From: an uncultured Gemmatimonadaceae bacterium
Lineage (GTDB): Bacteria > Gemmatimonadota > Gemmatimonadetes > Gemmatimonadales > Gemmatimonadaceae
NCBI GenBank assembly: GCA_963761305.1
Contig: CAVXGK010000002.1
Coordinates: 3,136,001 to 3,200,000 of the forward strand
Length of the DNA: 64,000 nt
Direction: 5' to 3'
Positions 1 to 9,848 of this stretch are shown piece by piece. Under the pieces are notes generated by a model. The model ran no database searches. It was not told the DNA's origin and saw nothing but the letters and a program-made list of their open reading frames with translations. A program made the translations under genes and the position numbers. Position 1 is the stretch's first letter. Each line of letters starts with the position of its first letter.

Positions 1-576
1 CGAGAGAGTCGCGGCGGCGGAATCGCCGCCACCCGGCAGACCGAATGCTTCGCGCTCACGTTCGAGCTCGTTGAGCGAATCGAGGAGTGTCCTGACGCGC
101 GGCGCGGCTGCGAGCGGCGGGGACTGCGCCAGCGCCCTGTATGACGCCACGACAGGTGCGGTCTCGATTCTCGTGAGCAGCGCATCGAGGTTCCCCGCCG
201 CCGCCGAGAGTGAGTCCCGCGTAACCAAAGTGAGACTGACGGTCGACGCGCCGGGCGACGGCGCCATCGCCGCGGACCGCGCCCGTGCGAGCGCCGACTC
301 GACCGACGCCAGTCGCGCGCGCGCCTGCACCACAGCGGTGGCGGGGAGCGCGGTGTCCGGCCGGACCGCTCGCGACGCAGAGAGGGGCGAAGCGGATCGC
401 CGCGCCTGGAACGGCGTGATCACGAGCGACACGAGGACGGCGACGAACGCGCCGACACCAACTGCGCCGATGAAAATCGGCCGATTGACGGCGTTCCTCG
501 CGCGAGCCGTGAGCCAGGCGTTCCGCGAAGTTCCGCGATGGTGGGACGCCGAGGACTGGCTGGGCGGGTGCGTCAT
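1..576 (-). CDS. Hypothetical membrane-anchored protein (partial, runs off the left edge)
   Basis: Read by hand from ATG at 576: MTHPPSQSS...PIFIGAVGVGAFVAVLVSLVITPF (one TM helix) then an Ala-rich helical region. Absent from the ORF track, presumably because it is truncated. Confidence 0.6.
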   Translation of the reverse strand, partial: MTHPPSQSSASHHRGTSRNAWLTARARNAVNRPIFIGAVGVGAFVAVLVSLVITPFQARRSASPLSASRAVRPDTALPATAVVQARARLASVESALARARSAAMAPSPGASTVSLTLVTRDSLSAAAGNLDALLTRIETAPVVASYRALAQSPPLAAAPRVRTLLDSLNELEREREAFGLPGGGDSAAATLS

Positions 577-630
577 GTCTCGAAGTCTGTCATGTCACGG
601 GTGCCGGTGCCACCGAGCTTGCTTGAAGTC

Positions 631-662
631 AAAAGCGCGGGGCCGATTGGCCCCGCGCTTTG
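631..662 (-). terminator. Intrinsic terminator of the blue-copper protein gene
   Basis: Inverted repeat aaagcgcggggcc-gatt-ggccccgcgcttt about 20 nt past the stop, with a T-run on the minus strand. Confidence 0.8.
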
Positions 663-683
663 ACTGTGCTCGACCGTTCCGCG

Positions 684-1190
684 TTACTGAACGGTGATCG
701 TCCCCTTCATGTTCATCGCGAGGTGCGGTGTGCAGTGGTACTCGTACTTGCCGGGCTTCACGCCGCCAAACGAGATCGTGTAGGCGTCGTTCGGGTTCAT
801 GAGGTTCGGGCTCATCAGCTCGCCGGCCTTTTCGTCCATATTCGCGTCGAGCTGGGACTTCGACGTTGGGTCGGAGATCGTCGAGGGGTCGAACGACACG
901 CTGTGGGGCCCGCCGCCGACCATGATGAACTTCACGGCGTCGCCGGACTTGATCGTGAGATCGGCTGGCTCGAAGCGATATCCCTTCTCATCGCCGATCA
1001 TCTTGACTTCATGCGTCGCGCCCGTCGCCGGGATCTTGGCCACCGCTCCGGCCGCCGGGGCCGGGGTTGCGGCGGGAGCCGCTGCTGCAGCCGGCGCCGT
1101 GGCCGCTGAGTCTTTTGCCTTATTCTCGCCGCCGCCACAGGCGCCGATGAGAGTCGCGCTCGCGAGGAGCGCAATTCCGCTAAACCGCAT
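684..1190 (-). CDS. Plastocyanin/azurin-family blue copper lipoprotein
   Basis: Lipobox LIGAC, Ala/Pro linker, type-1 Cu ligands PHSV and YHCTPHLAMNM. Confidence 0.92.
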   Translation of the reverse strand: MRFSGIALLASATLIGACGGGENKAKDSAATAPAAAAAPAATPAPAAGAVAKIPATGATHEVKMIGDEKGYRFEPADLTIKSGDAVKFIMVGGGPHSVSFDPSTISDPTSKSQLDANMDEKAGELMSPNLMNPNDAYTISFGGVKPGKYEYHCTPHLAMNMKGTITVQ

Positions 1191-1252
1191 TGCTGGGAAC
1201 CTCCGGAGTGCCTAGCTGGTCGTGGTTTGGAGCACTACGAGAACTGCGGAGA

Positions 1253-1270
1253 ATGTGAATTTATTCACAA
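1253..1270. promoter_or_regulatory. Palindromic operator, Rex-box / CRP-family type
   Basis: ATGTGAA-TTTA-TTCACAA matches Rex TTGTGAA-N4-TTCACAA at all but one position and exactly matches TGTGA-N6-TCACA. Confidence 0.7.
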
Positions 1271-1323
1271 GGCCAAGTTCGCGCAACGCGGGCTCGTCTT
1301 AGCCAGGCAGCGTACCTTGTCTC

Positions 1324-2022
1324 ATGCTCGTCGTCCCCAAACTCGAGCTCACCGGTGGCGCCTGTGCGCGCGTTGGCGACGCGGGCGCGTTCGGATCGGA
1401 CGAACCACTCACCGTGATGCATGCCTGGGCGGCCGAAGGGTTCGCGCGACTGCAGGTCGTCGACCGCGATGCGCTGGCCGGCCGGGGGTCCAACATGCCG
1501 CTGATCGAGGTCATCGGACGCGACGGAAGCATTGACGTCGATCTGGTCATTGGTGCCGAATCCACCGACCAGATCGAGGCATGCCTCGACGCCGGCGCAA
1601 GTCGTGTCGTGCTGGGTCCCCGCGCGCTCGCCGAGCCCGATTGGCTCGGGTCGGTGGCTGACTGTTTTCCGGGCGCGCTCATCGTCGAGACGAGCGTTCG
1701 GGAACGCCGAGTGGTGACGCGTGGATGGGTCCGCACGCTCCCCGTCGACCTGCTCGACCTCGTCGACGATCTCGCCGGCGTTCCGCTCGCCGGCATGCTG
1801 GTCAGATCGCTGGACGGCGCCGCGGGAGACGGTCTCGAGCTCGCCTTTCTCGAGGACGTCGCGGATGCCTGCGGATTGCCCGTCTTCGTCGAAGAGACGC
1901 GCCCGACCATGAACGATCTACGCGCGTTCGAGCATCGCGGGCTCGCCGGAGTCGTTGTGCCGGGCGCGGTGCTCGCGACGCTGCTCGACGCCCGCTTCGT
2001 CGCGAGCGAATTCGGAGCCTGA
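1324..2022 (+). CDS. Degenerate HisA/HisF-like TIM-barrel protein
   Basis: HisA-like segments (LQVVDRDA, LDAGASRVVLG, VTRGW), but PAIDL reads PKLEL and GGGIR is lost. Confidence 0.7.
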   Translation: MLVVPKLELTGGACARVGDAGAFGSDEPLTVMHAWAAEGFARLQVVDRDALAGRGSNMPLIEVIGRDGSIDVDLVIGAESTDQIEACLDAGASRVVLGPRALAEPDWLGSVADCFPGALIVETSVRERRVVTRGWVRTLPVDLLDLVDDLAGVPLAGMLVRSLDGAAGDGLELAFLEDVADACGLPVFVEETRPTMNDLRAFEHRGLAGVVVPGAVLATLLDARFVASEFGA

Positions 2023-2024
2023 GC

Positions 2025-3347
2025 TCAGAACTGCGCCATCAAGTCGCGCGGCAGCGCGTCGAGTTTGCCGAGATAGACGAATCGGAAATCGTGCATGTAC
2101 GTGTTCGCCACACGACGAACGTCCTCCGGCCGCACGCGCCGGAGATCGTCGATGAAGTTGTTCGCCGAGCGATAGTCGCCGTCGTAGATCTGCGCGCGCG
2201 CCAGGAACGTGGCTTGGTCGCCGTTCGTCTCGTTGCGCAGGAAGTACTCGGTGATGAACTGCTGAACGAGCCGTTCCAGACCGTCGGGGTCGAGCAGCTC
2301 GCGTTGGATTCGGGTTATCTCCTCGCGCATTTGCGTGAGCGTCGCCTTGGGATCGACGGTGGTGACGTACACGCCTCCGCTGGCGACCGCCCGCTCGACG
2401 AACGGCGCATCGACTTCGTACGAGAGATTTCGCCGAGACCGGATCTCGGTGAAGAACCGACCGGACAACACGGCTGACGCGACGCGCAAGGCCTGGTAGT
2501 CGGGGCTTCGCGCCGGCGGGCCCGGGTAATAGCCGAGGAGATAATTGGTCGGAAGCGGCATCGCGCGTGCGACGAGCGCCCGACCGACGGACCGGGACAC
2601 GCCGGGCGCCGTCCACGTGTACGAGCCGCGCGGGAGTCTGCCGATCGTTCGCTGAACCAGATCTTCGATGTGGCCTCGGTCGACGTTGCCGACGACGACC
2701 AGCAGCATCCGCGACGTCACCATCTGAGTTTCCTGATAGCGCTTCAGCTGCCCGAGCGTGATCGATTGCAGCGACCGGTCGGTCCCGCCGGGATCGAAGC
2801 CATACGGCTGACCCACGTACGCGAGGCTGTCGGCGAGGCGGTTGAGGAGCGCGTCTGGAGCGCTCTCCTCTTCGCGTGCCGACGTCACCATCCGCTCACG
2901 CACGAGCTCGACCTCGCCGGAGTCGAGCGTCGGTTCCATCAGCCGGTTGGCGAGGACGTTCCACACGGAATCGAATGACGTGCGGATGCACGTGGTGCCG
3001 AACACCGTCCAGTCGTCCGACGCCGTGATCGAGATGGCACAGCCGGACCTCGCGGTGGCCTGTCGGACTCTCTCGCCCGGATAGCGCTTCGTCCCGCTCT
3101 CCGACGCACGAAGGAGCATGACCTCGATGCCCTGTGTGGCCGGCGTGAGCTGCTGGGTGCCGCCGAGCAAATACACATTCGCCGCGATGACGTCGTTGGC
3201 CGTGTTGCGGCGAAGAATCACCTTCAGGCCGTTCACGTCGAAGCTGGTCGTCGACGTATCCGTCTGGGCGCGCGCCGGTGCCGCGCCGGCCCCACCGATC
3301 CCCAACACGATTGCCGCGACGAGACCGATCAGCCTGTTCGCGCTCAT
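2025..3347 (-). CDS. M16 (pitrilysin-family) peptidase, non-catalytic subunit, exported
   Basis: Start MSANRLIG with a signal peptide; M16-like NGLKVIL and EIRSRRNLSY; no HxxEH; 4-nt overlap with the upstream gene. Confidence 0.85.
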   Translation of the reverse strand: MSANRLIGLVAAIVLGIGGAGAAPARAQTDTSTTSFDVNGLKVILRRNTANDVIAANVYLLGGTQQLTPATQGIEVMLLRASESGTKRYPGERVRQATARSGCAISITASDDWTVFGTTCIRTSFDSVWNVLANRLMEPTLDSGEVELVRERMVTSAREEESAPDALLNRLADSLAYVGQPYGFDPGGTDRSLQSITLGQLKRYQETQMVTSRMLLVVVGNVDRGHIEDLVQRTIGRLPRGSYTWTAPGVSRSVGRALVARAMPLPTNYLLGYYPGPPARSPDYQALRVASAVLSGRFFTEIRSRRNLSYEVDAPFVERAVASGGVYVTTVDPKATLTQMREEITRIQRELLDPDGLERLVQQFITEYFLRNETNGDQATFLARAQIYDGDYRSANNFIDDLRRVRPEDVRRVANTYMHDFRFVYLGKLDALPRDLMAQF

Positions 3348-4729
3348 TGCCGGGTTCCCGTCTCGATGAGGTCGGCCGTCGTGAGGTTGAGGGACCGGCG
3401 CGCAGCAGGCGAAATGAGAACGCCCGTGACGTGCGGCTTGCCCACGATGTATTTGGCGGCGTACGCCGCGAGATCGGCGGGGCGCTGTTTCGCCATGTTG
3501 TCGACGTACCCGAAGAAGTAGTCGAGCCCCGTAACGGCCCACCAAAAGCCGATCTGGTGCGCGAAGCCAGACGCGCGCTCGAGCTGGAGCTCGGTGTCCA
3601 CGGTGCGCCGCTGTTTGACGGCGTCGAGCTGGTCGGCGGCGAAGTAGCCCGGGTCGCCGACTTTGCTCAACTCGTCGCGCAACGACGCCAGCGCTTGTTT
3701 GAGGTGCTGCGGTGTGGTTTCGCCTTCGACGGTGATCGGGCCGACGTGATTGAGCGTGTAGTAGTTCACGCCGACGGACTCGAACAATCCGCTGTCGACC
3801 AAACGGCGCTGAAATCTGGAACCGGGTTGATTGAGAACGTCGGAAAAGACGTCGGCGGCGTAGGTGGACGCCGGGTCCGCCGTCGCGCCGGGCCCTTGCC
3901 ACTGCAGCATGATGATCACACCACCGATCTCCTGCTCGGCGATCACCGCCGTGTCGCGAGTCAACGGCGGAATGGGCGGAATCGGCTCGGTGGTGAACGG
4001 ATCCGGTCCTTTTGACCATCCACCGAACACCGAGTGCGCGAGAAAGAACGCGCGGTCGGGGGCGATGTCGCCGGTCACGATGATCGCGGTGTTGTTGGGG
4101 ATGTAGTACCGCTTTTCGATCGTCCGCATCTTGTCGGGCGTCGTGCTCTCGATGACGGCGCGTTCGCCGAGGGGATTCTTGCGGCTCCACGCCGAACTCC
4201 AGAGCGCCTTACCCATGTCTTGAGAGAATCCGAACATCGGATTCGACTCGTTTCGGTCATATTCGCCGATCACAACCTGACGCTCGCGCTCCAGCTCGTC
4301 CGTGCGGAACTCGGGGTACATCAGCGCCTCGGCCAAGAACTTCATCCCGCCTTCGACGCTGTCCGCCGGAACCGTGAGGTAGTAGTTGACGCGCTCTTCA
4401 CTGGTCGTGCCGTTGAACGACGCGCCCAAGTCCGAGGCGCGCGCCACGAATTGGTCGGGATTCGGATACGCTTTATTCGCCTTGAAGAACATGTGCTCGT
4501 AGAGGTGCGACAGTCCCTCGTATGCCGGGCCCTGTGTGAACGAGCCGTTCTTCACGTCGGCTTCGATCGTCACCAGCGGCACACCGGGATTGCGCACCAC
4601 GATCACGTCGAGGCCGTTCGGCAACGTCCGGCGCTGAATGAGGCGTTCGAGCTCGGCGCGCTGCGCCGCGAGGAGCGACGGCGCCAGAATGGCCAATGCG
4701 ATCGCGACGGCGCCCCACGTTCGGACCAT
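3344..4729 (-). CDS. M16 peptidase, catalytic subunit, exported
   Basis: Signal peptide, TLPNGLDV, HLYEH (HxxEH) motif, ERERQVVIGE. Confidence 0.9.
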   Translation of the reverse strand: MVRTWGAVAIALAILAPSLLAAQRAELERLIQRRTLPNGLDVIVVRNPGVPLVTIEADVKNGSFTQGPAYEGLSHLYEHMFFKANKAYPNPDQFVARASDLGASFNGTTSEERVNYYLTVPADSVEGGMKFLAEALMYPEFRTDELERERQVVIGEYDRNESNPMFGFSQDMGKALWSSAWSRKNPLGERAVIESTTPDKMRTIEKRYYIPNNTAIIVTGDIAPDRAFFLAHSVFGGWSKGPDPFTTEPIPPIPPLTRDTAVIAEQEIGGVIIMLQWQGPGATADPASTYAADVFSDVLNQPGSRFQRRLVDSGLFESVGVNYYTLNHVGPITVEGETTPQHLKQALASLRDELSKVGDPGYFAADQLDAVKQRRTVDTELQLERASGFAHQIGFWWAVTGLDYFFGYVDNMAKQRPADLAAYAAKYIVGKPHVTGVLISPAARRSLNLTTADLIETGTRQ

Positions 4730-4790
4730 TGCGGATCCGCGCGCCCGCCGTGGCGCGCGCGTCGTCTCGTGACTTTCTTTATTCCCGACC

Positions 4791-5747
4791 ATGGCCGGCT
4801 CTGATCTCCCGTCTGTCGAACGTCTCGCCGCTCGCTTGAACGGCGCGTTTCTCCGACGCCACCAACCGATCGCGCCGTACACCACGTTCCGAATCGGCGG
4901 ACCCGCCGATCTGTTCTACGACGCGACTTCGGCCGGCGCGCTGGCCGATGCGGTCGTTGCCGCTCGCGAAACCGGTGTACCCTACTTCGTGCTGGGGCTC
5001 GGCGCCAACATCCTCGTTGGCGACCGAGGGTTTCGCGGACTCGTGATTCGCAACGCGGCCCGGGCTCACGAGTTCCGCGAAATGGGTGACGAGTGCAAGC
5101 TCCGGTCCGAGAGCGGCGCGATCGTGAAAGACCTGATTCGCGAATCCGTCGCCAAAGGCTGGTCCGGGCTGGAGCATTACGTCGGCATCCCGAGCACGGT
5201 CGGCGGCGCGATCTGGCAGAATCTCCATTTCCTGTCGCCCGCCCCGGAACGCGAGCGCACGATGTTCATCGCCGAAGTGTTCGAGTCGTGCGAGATCCTT
5301 TCCGAAGAGGGTGAGCGTAAGACGGTCGGACCCGACTACGTCCGCTTCGGCTACGACGACACCGTCTTTCATCACCGGCGCGACATCGTGCTCGAGGCGA
5401 CCTTTCGTTTGAGCCGCGGCGACCAGGCGGCGCTGCACCGGATTCTCCAGGAGAATCTGAGCTGGCGCGGAAGCCGTCATCCATGGCTCGATTGGCATCC
5501 GAGCGCGGGATCGATCTTCAAGAAAATCGAAGGCGTCGGAGCGGGGCGTCTCGTCGATCAATGCGGCCTCAAGGGATTCCGACAGGGCGGCGCGCAGATT
5601 TCGCACATTCACGCCAACATTCTGGTCAACCTCGGCGGTGCCACCGCGAAGGACGTTCGCGAGTTGATCGCGATCGCGCAGCGCGCGGTCGAGGAGCAGT
5701 GCGGCGTTCACCTCGAGCCCGAGATCGGATTCGTCGGCGAATTCTGA
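4791..5747 (+). CDS. murB: UDP-N-acetylenolpyruvoylglucosamine reductase
   Basis: YTTFRIGGPAD, GIPSTVGGA, SAGSIFK, HANILVN, LEPEI. Confidence 0.95.
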   Translation: MAGSDLPSVERLAARLNGAFLRRHQPIAPYTTFRIGGPADLFYDATSAGALADAVVAARETGVPYFVLGLGANILVGDRGFRGLVIRNAARAHEFREMGDECKLRSESGAIVKDLIRESVAKGWSGLEHYVGIPSTVGGAIWQNLHFLSPAPERERTMFIAEVFESCEILSEEGERKTVGPDYVRFGYDDTVFHHRRDIVLEATFRLSRGDQAALHRILQENLSWRGSRHPWLDWHPSAGSIFKKIEGVGAGRLVDQCGLKGFRQGGAQISHIHANILVNLGGATAKDVRELIAIAQRAVEEQCGVHLEPEIGFVGEF

Positions 5748-5754
5748 AACGCGT

Positions 5755-7896
5755 TCAGAAGATCGTGCCGAATCCGGCCACGAGACGCCAGGGAGCGGCG
5801 TGATCGATCGGTCGCGCGACGCCGACGTGCAGAATATTCGAAAAAAAGCTGAGACCTGCACCCGCGGTCGCGCGGATTCCGTTCGTTGCCGTCGAGAGCG
5901 GAGTCCCCGTGTCGTCCACGCCGAGTTGTCGGACGGAGAGCGCCGCGCCGGACGATGAGATCTCCGTCCACCCGCCCTGAACGCTCGCGACGAGCCCGGG
6001 ACTCACGCCGGGTATGAGAATGCCGCGGAACAGGCGAATCGGTTTCTGCCAGACGCCGAATCGATAGCCGGCGAACGTGCGAAACAGCGCGGCGCGGTCG
6101 CCGGCGAACTGTTTGTATCGATAGCCGGGCAGCGCCTCGTTTCCGCCGAGTTCGAATAGCTGCTGCGGCGGGGGATCATCGCCGAGCACCGTACCAAAAT
6201 CAGCGTGCGCACCGAGCGCGAGCGGTCCCAGGTACTCGCGCGCCGACAGTCCGAGTTCGGCTCGTTGCCACTCGAGTTCGCCCGACGCGTATTCATAGTG
6301 GAGGCGCGCCCCGACACCGGGCCGCAGGTAGTCGCCCGTGACGCTCGGATGAAACTCGGCCGTGAGCGAACCGAACGAGTAGTCGCCCGCCTCGACGCCA
6401 CGGTTTGGCCGGAACCCGCCGTTCGTGGAGATCAGACCTTGCGACAACCGGGCGCGCTCTGGACGATCGTCGCCGAACCCGGCTTCGGCGGTCACGACGG
6501 CGAAGTCGATCCCGCGAACGATTCGCGTCACCGACGCGTCGACGCGGCGCCGGTCGACATAGTCATTGTCGTCGACCGAAGAGATGAGGGCGCTGAATCC
6601 CGGATCGTCGCCGAGCGGCACCGTAAAATCGTTCGTCGAGGCGAGCGTGCGTTCCGCGCGCACCCCGAATGTCTGCGAGCCGCGCTTCCACGACGCGTAC
6701 GCGCCTCCGCGCGCGGTCTGTTCGGTGAACGCCCAGCCACCGAACACGCCGGCCGACAGTCCCGGCGCCGCCGATCGAAACTCGATTCGCGGAGCGACGC
6801 CCATGTAGAGGCCTTCGACGCGGTTGAATCGAAACACGCGATCCAATCCGCCTGAGAACAGCAGCAACTGCGGCGGGCCGTTCGCGCGCCACATCGGCGG
6901 CGCGAGGTCGGCGAAATCGTCGGCTCGCACGGCGCTGGTCTCGGTTCCGATCGCGCTGCGCCAATCGGAGAACGAGTCGACGCTGTCCCTCGGCGCCCAC
7001 GTCACGACCACGCGAGGATGCGGCGTCGTGTCCGGAACCACCGCGCCGGTGTCCGTGACCAGATCGGCGATGGTTGAGACAATTCGAAATACGGGACGGG
7101 TCTGGCCGATCGGTGGGAAGCTGGCTTGAAACTCGGTGCGCTGAAACGACGGCAGCCAATACCGCCCGTCGTACTCGCCGTTGACGAATTCCACGTATGC
7201 CGCGGCGACGACGCCCATCGAGCGGATGACCTTCTCGCCCACGGTCTCGCGGCCGCCGAGGACCACCATTTGGCCGCGCATTCGCACGATCTCCATGCGC
7301 GTCGCATCGAGGTCGATCTCTCCGTCGAATGCGGCGAGACGTGTTTCGCCGTGGAAATCGGGACTCACGCGAATGCGCACGATCGGCACCGACCGTGTTC
7401 CCACGCGCAGCGTCGTGACCGTGTCGCCGCCGCTGAACCGGTAGTATTGATCGCGGTCGCCGGCGAAGGGATGAACGGCGATCACCGTGTCGCGACGGTT
7501 CACCCGCGTCATGTACGCGCCCAGTGAGAGCCGTTCTCCATAGAGCGTCGGCACGGTCCATCCGCGCACGATGGTCAAGCTCGAATACGGGACGCCGACG
7601 GTCTGCGATCGATACCCGATCACGTGCAGATCGTATGGTCCGTCGCGCGTCCAAGTGGCGCGCGACGTCATCTGTTCGATCTCACCGGCATGCTCTCGGC
7701 CGAGCGAGTCGCGAAGGATGAGGCCCACTTCAGTCTCGACGCGACTCGTGTAGCCCCGCAGTTCGCGCGGCGGATTCCGATTCGAATCGGCCGCCGCCGC
7801 AACCATCGCGCGAAGCGCGGGGGACGAATACGTCGAATCCGCGTTCGCCGGCCCCGCCTGAGCGAGCAGAGTGATCGCCAAAAGGTTCGCCAACAC
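5755..7896 (-). CDS. Outer-membrane beta-barrel protein (DUF5686/Omp85-like C-terminus)
   Basis: Signal peptide, RFNRVEG motif, amphipathic strands, LFELGGNEALPGY loop, C-terminal Phe (FGTIF). Confidence 0.65.
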   Translation of the reverse strand: MLANLLAITLLAQAGPANADSTYSSPALRAMVAAAADSNRNPPRELRGYTSRVETEVGLILRDSLGREHAGEIEQMTSRATWTRDGPYDLHVIGYRSQTVGVPYSSLTIVRGWTVPTLYGERLSLGAYMTRVNRRDTVIAVHPFAGDRDQYYRFSGGDTVTTLRVGTRSVPIVRIRVSPDFHGETRLAAFDGEIDLDATRMEIVRMRGQMVVLGGRETVGEKVIRSMGVVAAAYVEFVNGEYDGRYWLPSFQRTEFQASFPPIGQTRPVFRIVSTIADLVTDTGAVVPDTTPHPRVVVTWAPRDSVDSFSDWRSAIGTETSAVRADDFADLAPPMWRANGPPQLLLFSGGLDRVFRFNRVEGLYMGVAPRIEFRSAAPGLSAGVFGGWAFTEQTARGGAYASWKRGSQTFGVRAERTLASTNDFTVPLGDDPGFSALISSVDDNDYVDRRRVDASVTRIVRGIDFAVVTAEAGFGDDRPERARLSQGLISTNGGFRPNRGVEAGDYSFGSLTAEFHPSVTGDYLRPGVGARLHYEYASGELEWQRAELGLSAREYLGPLALGAHADFGTVLGDDPPPQQLFELGGNEALPGYRYKQFAGDRAALFRTFAGYRFGVWQKPIRLFRGILIPGVSPGLVASVQGGWTEISSSGAALSVRQLGVDDTGTPLSTATNGIRATAGAGLSFFSNILHVGVARPIDHAAPWRLVAGFGTIF

Positions 7897-7904
7897 GGTT
7901 GGGC

Positions 7905-9848
7905 CTACGACGAACGGTCGGCGAGGGTGTCAGCGATCTCCGTGGCGGCCGCCCATTCGTCGAGCGAACGATCGAGGTTTCGCTTCGCGTCCTCCAGCTC
8001 GCGGCCGAGCGCGCTCGCGCGCTTCGCGCCGTCCGGCGCGACGTACAGGCCGGGATCCTCCAACTCCCGCGTCACGTCGGCGACGCGTCGTTCGAGCGCC
8101 TCGATCTCGGCCTCGAGCTCCGAAATTCGACGCTGCGCGTTTCGCACGGCCACCTTGGTCGAGCGCGCCGCCTCGTCGCGTCGATGGGTCTTCTTCTGTT
8201 CGTCGACGCGACGGATCCGTTCGTCTTCCTGGGCGACGAGCGCGGCGGCGCGAGCGCGCTCGGCCGACACGACTTCCCATTCGGCAAAACCGCCGGCGAA
8301 CGTCGTGATCCGGTGATCGTAGAGCAACCATATTTGCGTGGTGAGTCCGCGGAGCAATTCGCGGTCGTGGCTCACGAGTAGCACCGTTCCTTCGTAGTCG
8401 CCGATCGCATCCTCGAGCGCTTCGATCGACTCGACATCGAGATGATTCGTCGGCTCGTCCAGCACGAGCAGGTTGGCGCCGCTCAGCATCAGCATCGCGA
8501 GCCCCACGCGTGCGCGCTCGCCACCGGAGAGCGAGTCGGATCGTCGGGAGACTTCGTCGCCAGAGAAACCGAACCGGCCAAGATGGCCTTGGACCAACCG
8601 CCGGTCCCATGTCGGGCGAAGATCGTTGATGACGTCATATAGCGTCCTGTCGAGCGGCACCTGCGCCAAATCCTGCCGGTAGTACCCGACGGTGACGCCC
8701 GCGCCGACCCGCAAGGATCGGTTCGGTTCCCCGTGATCGTCGAGCAACGTACGGAGTAAAGTCGTCTTGCCCGATCCGTTGGGCCCGACCAGGCCGAGCA
8801 CTTCACCGCGCATCAGTGTGCCGGTGGCTTCCTCGACCAGCACTCGCGAGCCGACACTCACGCTCGCACGCTCGGCTACCACGACGCGATCACCGCCGCG
8901 CGCGACGGGCGTGAACCGGAGCGACATTGCCGCTTCGTCGCCCGGCGGCGGACTCAAACGCTCCATTCGCGCCAGTCGCGTGCGGCGCCCTTTGGCTTGA
9001 CGAGTGTTCTGTCCCGCGATGTTGCGCGCGATGTAGTCCTCTTCGTTCGCGATCTTCCGCTGTTGCTGCGCGAATTGGCGCTGTGCGGTGAGCCGCCGGA
9101 GAGAGCGTTGCTCTACGAACGATGCGTAGCCCCCGTCGTACGCGGTCGCCGTGCCGCCCTCGAAGTGAAGTACGTGATCCGCGACGGCCGCCAGGAACGC
9201 CCGGTCGTGGCTGATCAGCAGGACCGTCGTTCGCACGCCGGCGAGGTACGACTCCAGCCACGCCGTCGTCTCCAGATCGAGGTGGTTGGTCGGCTCGTCC
9301 ATCAGCAGCACGTCCGCCGGTGCGACGAGTTGGCGCACCAGGCCGAGACGGCCACGCTCACCGCCGCTTAGGTGCGCGACGAGCGCACTTCGCGCGGCCG
9401 CGGGCTCGAACCCGAGCCCGTGGAGCACCGCGTCGACGCGCGGCGCGACCGTGTAGCCGCCTTCGCGCTCGAATCGCTCGAGGTTGTGTCCGTACGCCGC
9501 GAGCTCTGCTTCGCCACCCTCGCTGAGTCGTTTCGCCTGTTCGATCAGATCGCGCTCGAGCGCGAGCAAATCGGCATACGGGCCGGCGGCCGCCTCCCAT
9601 ACGGTCAATGCACCTCCGAACTCGCGGTGCTGCTCGAGCAATGAGACTCGAAGACCCGGCTGCTTCGCGATCTCACCCCGAGTGGGCTCGAGCTCTTCCG
9701 TGAGAAGCCGAAAAAGCGTCGTCTTGCCGGTGCCGTTTCGTCCGACGATCCCCCACCGCTGTCCCGCCGCGACGGTGATCGAGATATCGTCGAAGACCTG
9801 CGTCGCCCCGAAGTCGACGCCGACCCTCGCCAGCGAGAAGAGCGTCAC
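7905..9848 (-). CDS. ABC-F family ATPase
   Basis: Two ABC domains (GRNGTGKT, GPNGSGKT, LSGGE twice, DEPTNHLD twice), no TM segments, C-terminal coiled coil. Confidence 0.93.
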   Translation of the reverse strand: MTLFSLARVGVDFGATQVFDDISITVAAGQRWGIVGRNGTGKTTLFRLLTEELEPTRGEIAKQPGLRVSLLEQHREFGGALTVWEAAAGPYADLLALERDLIEQAKRLSEGGEAELAAYGHNLERFEREGGYTVAPRVDAVLHGLGFEPAAARSALVAHLSGGERGRLGLVRQLVAPADVLLMDEPTNHLDLETTAWLESYLAGVRTTVLLISHDRAFLAAVADHVLHFEGGTATAYDGGYASFVEQRSLRRLTAQRQFAQQQRKIANEEDYIARNIAGQNTRQAKGRRTRLARMERLSPPPGDEAAMSLRFTPVARGGDRVVVAERASVSVGSRVLVEEATGTLMRGEVLGLVGPNGSGKTTLLRTLLDDHGEPNRSLRVGAGVTVGYYRQDLAQVPLDRTLYDVINDLRPTWDRRLVQGHLGRFGFSGDEVSRRSDSLSGGERARVGLAMLMLSGANLLVLDEPTNHLDVESIEALEDAIGDYEGTVLLVSHDRELLRGLTTQIWLLYDHRITTFAGGFAEWEVVSAERARAAALVAQEDERIRRVDEQKKTHRRDEAARSTKVAVRNAQRRISELEAEIEALERRVADVTRELEDPGLYVAPDGAKRASALGRELEDAKRNLDRSLDEWAAATEIADTLADRSS

